This document shows positions 40,150 to 49,150 of a stretch of 64,000 bases of DNA, piece by piece. The stretch's first letter is position 1. The number at the start of each line of letters is the position of its first letter. Origin of the DNA: an uncultured bacterium (GTDB lineage: Bacteria; Krumholzibacteriota; Krumholzibacteriia; Krumholzibacteriales; WJIX01); assembly GCA_964554125.1 (NCBI GenBank), contig CAZKNG010000004.1, positions 672-64,671 of the forward strand, given 5' to 3'. The translations under genes were made by a program, and so were the position numbers. A model generated the notes under the pieces. The model had not been told where the DNA came from, ran no database searches, and was given only the letters and a program-made list of their open reading frames with translations.

Positions 40150-40355
40150 GAAAACTCCCTATATTTTTTAGGATTATAAGAAATTAGGTTTTTTCTGTCA
40201 ACGAGGGAATTGCTGACAAAGGGGTTTTGCGCCCCATTTATGCTGTGCTTTGTCGCCGTTATCCTGATTTCAGGCCCAAAGAGGGTTCCTTCAGCCATGT
40301 TCCGGGCTCTTAAAGCAGGATTTGCTGTAGTGCGGGGGGGGAGGGGCAAATCAGA

Positions 40356-40634
40356 TTACACCTCACCTGACTCCCCCCGCGAGGTAACACAATTTACGCT
40401 GAATCCGCCCCGCTTCAGGTAAGCGGTGAGCTGCAGAGCCGGGGTGGAGGATGATAGTGGGGAGGAGATGGTGGATCGCAGTAATTCCAGCCTATGCGTA
40501 AGCAGGATCTTATCAATTACCACCTGATCGGTGATAAAGGATATTATTCTCATTTTCCCCCCGCATTTGCTGCAGAGAAGGGTGTCCTCTTTCCAGACTT
40601 TAGCTATCCAGTTAGCAGGGCGTATTTCTTTCAA
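40356..40634 (-). mobile_element. Transposase C-terminal fragment (IS91-family-like), decayed
   Basis: 92 aa ending in a CSKCGGKMRIISFITDQVVIDKILLTHRLEL motif followed by a Pro/Ser-rich tail. There is no upstream catalytic region, so this is a remnant. Confidence 0.4.
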
Positions 40635-40694
40635 TATAACTGTATAACATTAAAATTATCAGCGAAGTTTTTGCCGGTGAATTCAATTTTGCAA

Positions 40695-41084
40695 CTAAAT
40701 TATGTCTAGGCCTATGTGTTTTGCCATCAAATCGAAATCTGAATCATTGTGCACGATTTGAAAACCATGCTCGGAACAGAATGTTCCGATTAGTACATCA
40801 ATGGTTTTTCGAACAGTGATACCCTTCGATCTTAGAAGTCGGTAGTTCGCCGCGGACTTATCTGCTATGCTAAAACCAACCATATCAAACTTAGGCAGAG
40901 CGAGGAGAAGAGAAGAGACCTGACTCCGTTCGCGTGTAGAGTGAATACCTTGCATTATTTCGCAATATATAAGGTCACCAATGGCGACAAGATCCTGCTC
41001 CAGACATTGGTCGACTTTGGCAACAACGCGGGAACGACTTCCATTCAGGTATTCAATCCAAGCCGATGTGTCGACTATAACCAT
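40695..41084 (-). CDS. vapC: PIN-domain toxin VapC
   Basis: MVIVDTSAWIEYL N-terminus. Conserved acidic residues of the PIN fold. Confidence 0.8.
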   Translation of the reverse strand: MVIVDTSAWIEYLNGSRSRVVAKVDQCLEQDLVAIGDLIYCEIMQGIHSTRERSQVSSLLLALPKFDMVGFSIADKSAANYRLLRSKGITVRKTIDVLIGTFCSEHGFQIVHNDSDFDLMAKHIGLDII

Positions 41085-41085
41085 T

Positions 41086-41277
41086 TCAATCTCTTCTCAT
41101 TTCGTCCAAGTCGCCGTGCCAACTAATTTTACCCTTAAGTTTGCGAAGTTTTTTCTGACTGTTGACTTGGACAAGTAGCCGCAACCCAGACTCAATTGCA
41201 GACCGCTTTGTCTTGCATCCGCTGAAACGCAGCGCTTGAGACATCAGTTCGTCATCTATTACAACATTCGTTCTCAT
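41086..41277 (-). CDS. vapB: VapB-family antitoxin
   Basis: 63 aa. MRTNVVIDDEL N-terminus. Stops 1 nt before vapC. Confidence 0.7.
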   Translation of the reverse strand: MRTNVVIDDELMSQALRFSGCKTKRSAIESGLRLLVQVNSQKKLRKLKGKISWHGDLDEMRRD

Positions 41278-41301
41278 AATACACCTCCATCATGTGTATT
41301 T

Positions 41302-41330
41302 ATTATACACATCGGGACAGTTTCTGTCAA
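41302..41330 (-). promoter_or_regulatory. Consensus sigma70 promoter of vapBC (TTGACA-17-TATAAT) with overlapping operator palindrome
   Basis: Minus strand reads cTTGACAgaaactgtcccgatgtgTATAATaaatacacat, then GGAGGTG, then ATG. The palindrome ATGTGTAT-N5-ATACACAT (41292-41312) overlaps the -10 element. Confidence 0.6.
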
Positions 41331-41780
41331 GACCCAAAGGCGCCTCAAATAACCTTCAAAAAAATATTTCAGTATTTTTTGCAAACATCAATTCCATTTT
41401 TATCCCTTAAATACTTAACTTTTTTATATATGGTCGCACGGTCAGTATAAGATTCAGTTACAACGCCAATGACTTCGCAGCAAGGTTACTTGTCCCCCGC
41501 AAAATTTTAGTTGAAAAAGTCAAAAAAACAATCAGACGTATTAAAAATGAGAATTTGACCAGCGCCTATAATATGAATCCAGATCAAATGTTAAGTGCAG
41601 TAAGCCCATCTATTTCCAAAACCTTTGGAGTATCTGACCACGTAAAAAAAAATACGCATTGAGCGGGAAAAACTGTGGCCAGATGAAATCTGTTAGCAAA
41701 GAAGATTTTAATATTAACAAAGACCATGTATCCGAACTTGCAATTTATGGCAAAGCCCCGCCTTAAGTTTGTAAAATTGG

Positions 41781-41809
41781 TTGTCAACTCAGGCGGAACT
41801 TTGTATACT
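41781..41809 (+). promoter_or_regulatory. Putative sigma70 promoter for tal (TTGTCA-17-TATACT)
   Basis: Spacing is exactly 17 nt. A GGGAGG ribosome-binding site and the ATG at 41859 follow. Confidence 0.45.
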
Positions 41810-41858
41810 GAACTCTCACTTTTTGAATTGTGGAAATCAGGTTCATAGGGAGGCAGAA

Positions 41859-42503
41859 ATGAAATTCTTTATCGACACGGCAAATGTTCAGCAGATACGC
41901 GAAGCGGCGGAACTTGGAGTTCTTGACGGTGTTACAACTAACCCGACTCTTCTTTCAAGAGAGGAGGGGGGTTTTAAGGATATACTCAAGGAGATCTGTT
42001 CGATAGTTCCCGGGCCTGTCAGTGCCGAGGTTGTCTCTCTCGAGGCGGACGGCATGGTAAAAGAGGGAAAAGAGTTATGCAAGATAGCGGATAATATTAT
42101 TATAAAGGTTCCCTGCATACGCGAAGGGATCAAGGCGATTGGAAAATTCAAAGCTGAGGGGATAAAGACCAACGCCACCCTCTGTTTCTCAGCCAACCAG
42201 GGTCTTCTGGTCGCGAAAGCGGGAGCGACATACGTCAGCCCTTTTGTGGGAAGAATAGATGATGTAGGGTCTCCCGGGCTTGATCTGGTTTCTGACCTTG
42301 TCATGATATTCAACAATTATTCATTTACGTCCCAGATTATTGTTTCAAGTATCCGCAGCGTTCAGCATGTGTACGAAGCAGCTCTAATGGGAGCCGATGT
42401 AGCAACGATTCCTTTGAAAGTAATAGAACAGCTGATAAAGCATCCCCTTACCGATGTAGGGATAGAGAAGTTTCTTGCTGACTGGGAAAAGGTCGAAAAG
42501 TAG
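41859..42503 (+). CDS. tal: Transaldolase, short form (TalC/FSA family)
   Basis: MKFFIDTANV N-terminus. Schiff-base Lys context (IIKVPCI). About 215 aa. Confidence 0.8.
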   Translation: MKFFIDTANVQQIREAAELGVLDGVTTNPTLLSREEGGFKDILKEICSIVPGPVSAEVVSLEADGMVKEGKELCKIADNIIIKVPCIREGIKAIGKFKAEGIKTNATLCFSANQGLLVAKAGATYVSPFVGRIDDVGSPGLDLVSDLVMIFNNYSFTSQIIVSSIRSVQHVYEAALMGADVATIPLKVIEQLIKHPLTDVGIEKFLADWEKVEK

Positions 42504-42519
42504 TTTCGGGTGATCTACT

Positions 42520-43716
42520 GTGAAAAATTTCAATACCTGGTGGTCTAAAGCATTCCCCTATGTTATGGGGACGATCTTCGGTCTCTCCGTTGCCCTTCTT
42601 GTTATATCGATTGTGATGTTTCAAAAGGTCAGCAGCAGCAGACCCTTTCTGCCCGCCCCGCTCGAAGAGCTGGACACGGAAGATATCCCCGACCTTAGCG
42701 GATCGGCGATGGTCTCCGCCAGAAAGCTGGTAAGCCCCGCGGTAGTTACAATTACCGCTTATAAGACGAAAATGGTTTATGACAGGCCGCGTTCGAGCTA
42801 TGAGTGGTTCATGCAGTTTTCCGGAAGAATGCCCAGGCGCCGGAAGGAAAAATACCCGAATTTCGGTTCCGGTATCATAGTTAATCCCGACGGATATATC
42901 CTCACCAATGAACATGTTATAAGAAACGCCGACGAGATATATATAACACTTCCCGACAGCACGGAGAAGAAAGCTGCCGTGGCGGGTAAAACGGTGAGTT
43001 TTGATATAGCCCTGCTTAAGATAGACGGGGAGGGATACTCCTACGCTCCGCTGGGTAATTCAGACAACCTCGAAATCGGAGAACCTGTTATAGCTATAGG
43101 GAGCCCTTTTACATATCTTTTCAATGATACGCAGCCTACCGTAACTTCGGGAGTCGTAAGCGCGCTTAGAAGAGATGTCCGCCAGGGTGAGGGCGCGGAC
43201 CACATATTTAATAACATGATACAGACAGACGCGGCGATAAATCCCGGAAACAGCGGCGGGCCCCTTGTATCAAGCAGTGGAAAAGTAATTGGAATCAACA
43301 CTTTTATCCTTTCCGGGAATAATAAGAATAACAGTATCGGGATGGGGTTTGCCATTCCGGTCAATACAGCCAGAATGGTAATGGAGGAAATAATCACTTA
43401 CGGCCGTTTCAGACAGGTTTGGACCGGCCTGGGAGTTGTAGAACTTGACGGAGAAATGGTCGAGAGGCTCTCGCTCCCCTTTAATAACGGACTCTTTATT
43501 CAGCAGATTGAAAAGGGCGGTCCGGCGGACGCGGCGGATTTGAAGGTTGGAGACGTGATCATAAGGGTTGACGGTAAAGAGGTTGACAGTTTTATACAGG
43601 CGAACAGGCTTATTTTCGGGAAACGTGTCGGAGATATTCTGAGGATTACCGTCTGGCGAGACGGGGAGATTCTGAAAGTTGAGTTAAAACTCGCTGAATC
43701 CCTTGACAGGGCGTGA
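42520..43716 (+). CDS. HtrA/DegP-family serine protease with one PDZ domain, N-terminal TM anchor
   Basis: Catalytic triad blocks (TNEHV, D..LLKI, GNSGGPL). C-terminal PDZ domain. Confidence 0.8.
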   Translation: MKNFNTWWSKAFPYVMGTIFGLSVALLVISIVMFQKVSSSRPFLPAPLEELDTEDIPDLSGSAMVSARKLVSPAVVTITAYKTKMVYDRPRSSYEWFMQFSGRMPRRRKEKYPNFGSGIIVNPDGYILTNEHVIRNADEIYITLPDSTEKKAAVAGKTVSFDIALLKIDGEGYSYAPLGNSDNLEIGEPVIAIGSPFTYLFNDTQPTVTSGVVSALRRDVRQGEGADHIFNNMIQTDAAINPGNSGGPLVSSSGKVIGINTFILSGNNKNNSIGMGFAIPVNTARMVMEEIITYGRFRQVWTGLGVVELDGEMVERLSLPFNNGLFIQQIEKGGPADAADLKVGDVIIRVDGKEVDSFIQANRLIFGKRVGDILRITVWRDGEILKVELKLAESLDRA

Positions 43717-43820
43717 CGGAATTGCGCCGATACCTGCTCGCAGTGGTTGCTTAAAGAAATGGAATATATAGAGAATATCCGTTTTTGCGGGCAATACCCG
43801 GATTAGAAAGGAAGGTCGTT

Positions 43821-45116
43821 TTGATATCCAGATATTCTATTCCCGCTATCGCGGAGATTTGGTCTGATAATAACAAGTATGATTTATGGCGGGAGGTCGA
43901 AGTCCTCTACTGTGAAGGGCTCGCAAAGTACGGGTACATTCCGAAAAAAGCCGCAAGAGAGATAAGATCGAAAGCGGATTTTAAGATCAGGAGGATCGAA
44001 AAGATAGAGAAGAAAACCCGGCATGATGTAATAGCGTTCCTTACCAATATGGCTGAGAATATCGGACCTGCGGGGAAATACCTTCATATGGGGATGACTA
44101 GTTCGGATCTTTTAGATACCGTGCTTGCCTGCCAGCTCCGCTCAGCCGGAAAGGAAAATCTCAGGAGACTCAGGAAACTCCGCACAGTTCTTAAAAATCA
44201 GGCGGTAAGGTACAAGAACCTTCCTATGGTGGGAAGAACCCACGGAGTACACGCCGAGCCGACCACTTTCGGTCTTAAACTGCTGGTCTGGTTCAGTGAA
44301 ACGGAAAGAAATATAGAGCGGTTGCGGGAAGCGATTGACGGTATCTCAGTCGGCCAGCTTACGGGAGCGGTAGGAACGATGTCTCATACCGACCCTAAGG
44401 TCGAAAGTTTTGTAATGAAGAAACTGGGGCTGACCCCCGCGCGGGTGACAACTCAGATAATTCAGCGCGACAGGCACGCGCGCTATATGTCCACGATAGC
44501 TCTAATCGGAGCTTCACTCGAAAAAATGGCAATAGAGATAAGAGCTCTTCAGAGAACCGAGGTTGCCGAAGCCGAAGAACCCTTTACCTCCGGGCAGAAG
44601 GGGTCGAGCGCGATGCCCCATAAGAGAAATCCGATTCTTACCGAGAGGATAAGCGGAATGGCCAGAATTCTGCGATCAAACTCACTTGTAGCTTTCGAAA
44701 ACATAGCTCTCTGGCACGAGAGAGATATAAGTCATTCATCGGTAGAGAGAATGATTTTCCCCGATTCAACCGGTATACTGGCCTATATGCTTGAGAAGTT
44801 TACCTGGGCTGTAAAAAATCTGAGGGTCAACAAGAAAGCGATGAGGAGAAATCTCGAGCTTACGGGCGGGCATATCTTCTCGCAGCATGTTCTGCTTCTT
44901 CTGGTGAAAAAGGGGCTTTCCAGAGAGGAAGCCTATTCTATAGTGCAGAGAGCAGCTATGAAGAGCATGGAATCGGATACCGGCTTTAAAGAGTGCCTGG
45001 CCCGCGACGAAAAGTTCACAAAGCTTTGTTCCGAAGAGGAGCTCGACAGGGCCTTCGACCTGGATAATCATTATAGAAACATAGATTATATTTTCAGGAG
45101 AGTACTGAAAAAATAG
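43821..45116 (+). CDS. purB: Adenylosuccinate lyase PurB
   Basis: SRYSIPAIAEIWSD N-terminus. SSAMPHKRNP signature. Start is probably the TTG at 43821; the track ORF begins upstream at 43785. Confidence 0.8.
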   Translation: MISRYSIPAIAEIWSDNNKYDLWREVEVLYCEGLAKYGYIPKKAAREIRSKADFKIRRIEKIEKKTRHDVIAFLTNMAENIGPAGKYLHMGMTSSDLLDTVLACQLRSAGKENLRRLRKLRTVLKNQAVRYKNLPMVGRTHGVHAEPTTFGLKLLVWFSETERNIERLREAIDGISVGQLTGAVGTMSHTDPKVESFVMKKLGLTPARVTTQIIQRDRHARYMSTIALIGASLEKMAIEIRALQRTEVAEAEEPFTSGQKGSSAMPHKRNPILTERISGMARILRSNSLVAFENIALWHERDISHSSVERMIFPDSTGILAYMLEKFTWAVKNLRVNKKAMRRNLELTGGHIFSQHVLLLLVKKGLSREEAYSIVQRAAMKSMESDTGFKECLARDEKFTKLCSEEELDRAFDLDNHYRNIDYIFRRVLKK

Positions 45117-45254
45117 AGAGACGAAACAGCATATTTACGATTTTTCAATTTGTATTTTTGTCATCTCTCCTTTTGACAATTATTCCGGATTAATATAGAT
45201 TGGAAGTTTGTCTGTATATCAGTATTTAGAAAGTAGGAGAAAGGGTAAAACGGG

Positions 45255-47636
45255 GTGGTTAAAGGAACTGTATCTGTAAAAGGGAAAACAGATTCTGAAG
45301 TCAGAGAATCTTTGTCGGAAAACGGTTTTAATATCACAGTTGAAGAAGCGCGGAAAGTTGTGGAGCTCGTCGGCAGAGACCCCACTCATGTGGAGCTTAC
45401 TATATTCAATACTATGTGGAGCGAGCACTGCAGCTATAAAAGCAGCAGCAAAGTGCTTTCGGAATTTCTTCCCACAGAGGCCTCCAATGTCGTAATGGGG
45501 CCCGGTGAAGACGCCGGCGTAATCAGATTTGCTCCCGCGGGCGAAGACGATTCATACTGTCTTGTGATAGCTCACGAAAGTCACAATCATCCTTCTCAGG
45601 TTCTGCCCGTTGAAGGAGCCGCGACCGGCATAGGCGGAATTGTAAGAGATGTATACTGCATGGGAGCGGATGTCGTGGGTGTACTCGACCCCCTTCGTTT
45701 CGGTGATCCGGAAGGGGAGAGGGGGAGGGAATCAGCGGCTATAGCCGGCGGAGTAGTTGACGGTATAGCTCAATACGGAAACGCTCTCGGCGTGCCGAAT
45801 CTAGGCGGCGATCTTCTTTTTGACAGCGGCTATGACGATAATTGCCTCGTAAATGTTGTGGCCGTCGGCCTTGTAAAGGAATCGAGGCTTATAAGGAGCA
45901 GGGTGCCGGAGGAGGCGGCAAAGACCCCCTACAAGTTTATTCTCGTCGGAAAGCCGACTGATGACTCGGGGTTCGGCGGCGCGGCGTTTGCCTCTGAAGA
46001 CCTTGCCGATGAGGAGGAAGCGGACAGGGGGGCGGTTCAGGTCCCCGACCCCTTTCTTAAACGCGTACTTACGGTAGCCAATAGAAAAGTTCTCGATCTT
46101 GCGCATAAGAAAGGGATCAATATAGGTTTTAAAGACCTTGGAGCCGGAGGGATAGCATGCGTGACATCTGAAATGGCAGACGCGGGCGGATTCGGAGCCC
46201 GTCTGAATCTTGACAGTGTTAATCTCGCCGTGGGGAATTACCCTCCGTCTGTAATCTCGTGTTCCGAGACCCAGGAACGCTACTGTCTTGCTGTTCCTGA
46301 GAATTTTGTCGATGAGGTTCTTGGGATTTACAATGAAGATTATGAGCTTCCCCATATTTATCACGGGGCGGGGGCTTTTGTAATAGGAGATGTTATAGAT
46401 GAAAAGATCTACAGGATAGAAACCTCAGGAGAGATTGTATGTGAGACCCCTGTGGATGTTATTACAACGGGAATATCTTATGACAGGGTTAAAGAGACGG
46501 GAAAGAGAATCTTCGAAGAACCCAAGCTCGATCCCGGAAGGTCGATAGAAAAAGATTTTATGAGAATAATCTCTTCCGTGAACATTGCTTCGAAGGAGTA
46601 TGCTTTCAGACATTATGATTCTGAAGTCGGAGGAAGAGCGGTTATAAGACCCGGGGAAGCGGACGCGGGGGTTATTGCTCCTATACCGGGCAACAGGACC
46701 GGCCTTGCTTTTTCAGTTGACGGGAATCCCTACTATGGAATGGTTGATCCCTATCAGGGGGGCGCGCTCGCGGTTTGTGAAGCGGCCAGAAACGTTGCCG
46801 CCGTTGGGGCGGTCCCGTCAACAATAACAGATTGCCTTAACTACGGAAATCCCGAATACCCGGAAGTCTTCTGGGAATTCTACGAGGGTGTGAGAGGGAT
46901 TGGCGATGCCTGCAGGGGGATCGGTTTGATAGGCAGCGAGGGGGATCCCCTGCCGGTTGTATCCGGGAATGTCAGTTTCTATAACCAGGGCAAAAAAGAG
47001 AAAGCCATACCGCCTTCCCCCATTATCGCGTGCGCCGGAGTTGTGGAAGATTATTCCAGGTCACGTTCTATCTTTTTCAAGGAAGAGGGAGACGCGGTGT
47101 TTCTGATAGGTGAACCGCTTGATGAGCTTGGAGGCAGCGAGTATTACAGGCTGATTTATAATACGAGCGGAGCGAATATTCCAGAGGCCGATTTTATCCG
47201 TGAAAGAAATCAAATTAAAACGATAATAGAGATGCACAGACTGGGGTGGATAAGGGCTTGTCACGATGTAAGCCAGGGAGGGCTTATTACAGCCCTCGCC
47301 GAGATGGCCATGGGCTCTGATTACGATCTGGGACTTACGGTTAATCTCGATGAATTCGGTAAAAACGCTCTCGAACCGGAAAAACTCCTCTTCTCCGAAA
47401 CTGGGGCCTTCCTGGTAGAACTTCCCGAAGGTCTGGATAGAGATGTGCTCGCTCTGTGCGCCAGGAACCGCGTTAAACTGTTCAAGCTTGGGAATATCAA
47501 CTCCAGGCCGAAGCTTAATATATCAGCCGGAAACGAGAGGTTGGCGGGCTGGGATATAGCCGCATTGCGCGGGGTTTATTTCAGCGCCTGCAGAGCTGTA
47601 TTCGGAAAGCGGAAAAGGAGAACAAGTGCCGGATAG
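45255..47636 (+). CDS. purL: Phosphoribosylformylglycinamidine synthase subunit PurL
   Basis: MWSEHCSYKSS block. Duplicated AIRS-like domains. GTG start with an AGGAGA ribosome-binding site. Confidence 0.85.
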   Translation: MVKGTVSVKGKTDSEVRESLSENGFNITVEEARKVVELVGRDPTHVELTIFNTMWSEHCSYKSSSKVLSEFLPTEASNVVMGPGEDAGVIRFAPAGEDDSYCLVIAHESHNHPSQVLPVEGAATGIGGIVRDVYCMGADVVGVLDPLRFGDPEGERGRESAAIAGGVVDGIAQYGNALGVPNLGGDLLFDSGYDDNCLVNVVAVGLVKESRLIRSRVPEEAAKTPYKFILVGKPTDDSGFGGAAFASEDLADEEEADRGAVQVPDPFLKRVLTVANRKVLDLAHKKGINIGFKDLGAGGIACVTSEMADAGGFGARLNLDSVNLAVGNYPPSVISCSETQERYCLAVPENFVDEVLGIYNEDYELPHIYHGAGAFVIGDVIDEKIYRIETSGEIVCETPVDVITTGISYDRVKETGKRIFEEPKLDPGRSIEKDFMRIISSVNIASKEYAFRHYDSEVGGRAVIRPGEADAGVIAPIPGNRTGLAFSVDGNPYYGMVDPYQGGALAVCEAARNVAAVGAVPSTITDCLNYGNPEYPEVFWEFYEGVRGIGDACRGIGLIGSEGDPLPVVSGNVSFYNQGKKEKAIPPSPIIACAGVVEDYSRSRSIFFKEEGDAVFLIGEPLDELGGSEYYRLIYNTSGANIPEADFIRERNQIKTIIEMHRLGWIRACHDVSQGGLITALAEMAMGSDYDLGLTVNLDEFGKNALEPEKLLFSETGAFLVELPEGLDRDVLALCARNRVKLFKLGNINSRPKLNISAGNERLAGWDIAALRGVYFSACRAVFGKRKRRTSAG

Positions 47637-48453
47637 TTTTAGTGGAAAAGTGGCTGTTATCCAGTTCCCGGGTGTAAACTGTGAACCTGAAACCGTAAGG
47701 GCAGCTCGGGCCGCCGGGTTGGAAGCGGAAATATTCCGCTGGAATATGTCCCCCCGGCTTCTAAACGAAGCTGCTGCTGTTATCCTGCCGGGCGGGTTTT
47801 CATACCAGGACAGGGTTAGAGCGGGAGCGGTTGCCGCTAAGGACAGGATTATGGACAAATTAAGTGACCTCGCAGGAAAGGGCAAACCGGTACTCGGTAT
47901 CTGCAACGGGGCCCAGGTCCTGGTCGAAGCCGGTTTTATTCCGGGTCTTCACTGGGAAAAGATAGATCTCGCGCTTGCCCCCAATGTTATGAGTGACAGG
48001 GAAGGGTATTACTGCAACTGGATCTATCTGAGGGTCGAGGAGAATAATTGTGTGTGGACGGGTGAATATCAAGAAGGAGAGATCGCTCCCATGCCGATTG
48101 CCCACGCTGAGGGACGCTTTATAACAAGGGATGAAAATATTATAGATGATATGCACAGGAACAATCAGATTGTACTTCGCTACTGCAGTGAAGCGGGCCG
48201 GCTGGACTCTTCTTTCCCGGTAAACCCGAACGGTTCTATAGAAAACGCGGCCGGGATATGCAACCCGGAAGGAAATGTGCTGGCCATGATGCCTCATCCC
48301 GAAAGAGCCTCGTGGCTGAGACAGGTGCCTGAAGATATTTCCGGAAAATGGAGAGCGAAACGCAGGGGTTCATGCTTCAGGCCGGAGAAGATGGAAGATG
48401 AAGGGCCCGGGCTCGGCTTTTTCGCCTCGATCATTAAAGAAATATCGGGCTGA
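47626..48453 (+). CDS. purQ: Phosphoribosylformylglycinamidine synthase glutaminase subunit PurQ
   Basis: VAVIQFPGVNCE N-terminus. Catalytic Cys (GICNGAQ). HPE motif. Confidence 0.85.
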   Translation: MPDSFSGKVAVIQFPGVNCEPETVRAARAAGLEAEIFRWNMSPRLLNEAAAVILPGGFSYQDRVRAGAVAAKDRIMDKLSDLAGKGKPVLGICNGAQVLVEAGFIPGLHWEKIDLALAPNVMSDREGYYCNWIYLRVEENNCVWTGEYQEGEIAPMPIAHAEGRFITRDENIIDDMHRNNQIVLRYCSEAGRLDSSFPVNPNGSIENAAGICNPEGNVLAMMPHPERASWLRQVPEDISGKWRAKRRGSCFRPEKMEDEGPGLGFFASIIKEISG

Positions 48454-48514
48454 GCCGGTGTTTATATCTTTCTGATGAGTCTGAAATCAAGAATATCTGA
48501 TAAGGAGGAAGGAT

Positions 48515-49150
48515 TTGAAAGCCCGCGCTGAGTTATGGGTGAAATTGAAAGTTACAGATCTGGTGGTTGAGACGGCATGGTTAACCCTGACCGAAAAACT
48601 GGATTTTGATTATCTCAGGGGTTTGACGAAATACTCCTGCTGGTTTATGAAGTGTGAGGGTAATAGCCTCGAGGAGACAGCTGATCAATTGAACAGGGTG
48701 ATAACTCTTGACAGTACATTCACGAACCAGAATAAACATAAATATTCATTGATAATTGAAGGGGAAGAAAATAAAACGGGTGAGGGCAAGAGTTCTTCTA
48801 TAGCGAAGAGGGGTGACCTTAATATCGACGAGGATTTTACCCTGCGCTCAGAAGCGTCTTCCGGGAAGCTCTACGCCTGTGACTGTTTCGTAACTGAATT
48901 GGAATCTGATAAAAATATGAATTATACCGACCGAATCAGCGGCAGGCCCGGTGACATATCTATTTCAGAAATGAGAGCGGGGCTTGTCTGGAGATTGATC
49001 ATTGAAGCCGACAGCAGAAATGACGCTGAGAAAAAAGCTGAAGAGATCTCGGTTACGCGTTCGCGCCGCGGAGGGCTTCTTCTGAATCCTCATTATCAGG
49101 ATTTTGAAATCATTTCCACAGTAAGCCTTTCAGAAAGAGGTGCTAATTGA
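48515..49150 (+). CDS. purS: PurS-like protein, tandem (two PurS-like halves)
   Basis: Both halves end in a PurS-like block (LLNPHYQDFEI at the C-terminus). Position between purQ and purF supports the call. Confidence 0.45.
   Translation: MKARAELWVKLKVTDLVVETAWLTLTEKLDFDYLRGLTKYSCWFMKCEGNSLEETADQLNRVITLDSTFTNQNKHKYSLIIEGEENKTGEGKSSSIAKRGDLNIDEDFTLRSEASSGKLYACDCFVTELESDKNMNYTDRISGRPGDISISEMRAGLVWRLIIEADSRNDAEKKAEEISVTRSRRGGLLLNPHYQDFEIISTVSLSERGAN

Noticed and set aside
40140-40422. Small ORFs (69-70 aa) flanking the transposase stump
   Set aside because: No similarity or motifs. They are probably non-coding debris of the decayed insertion.
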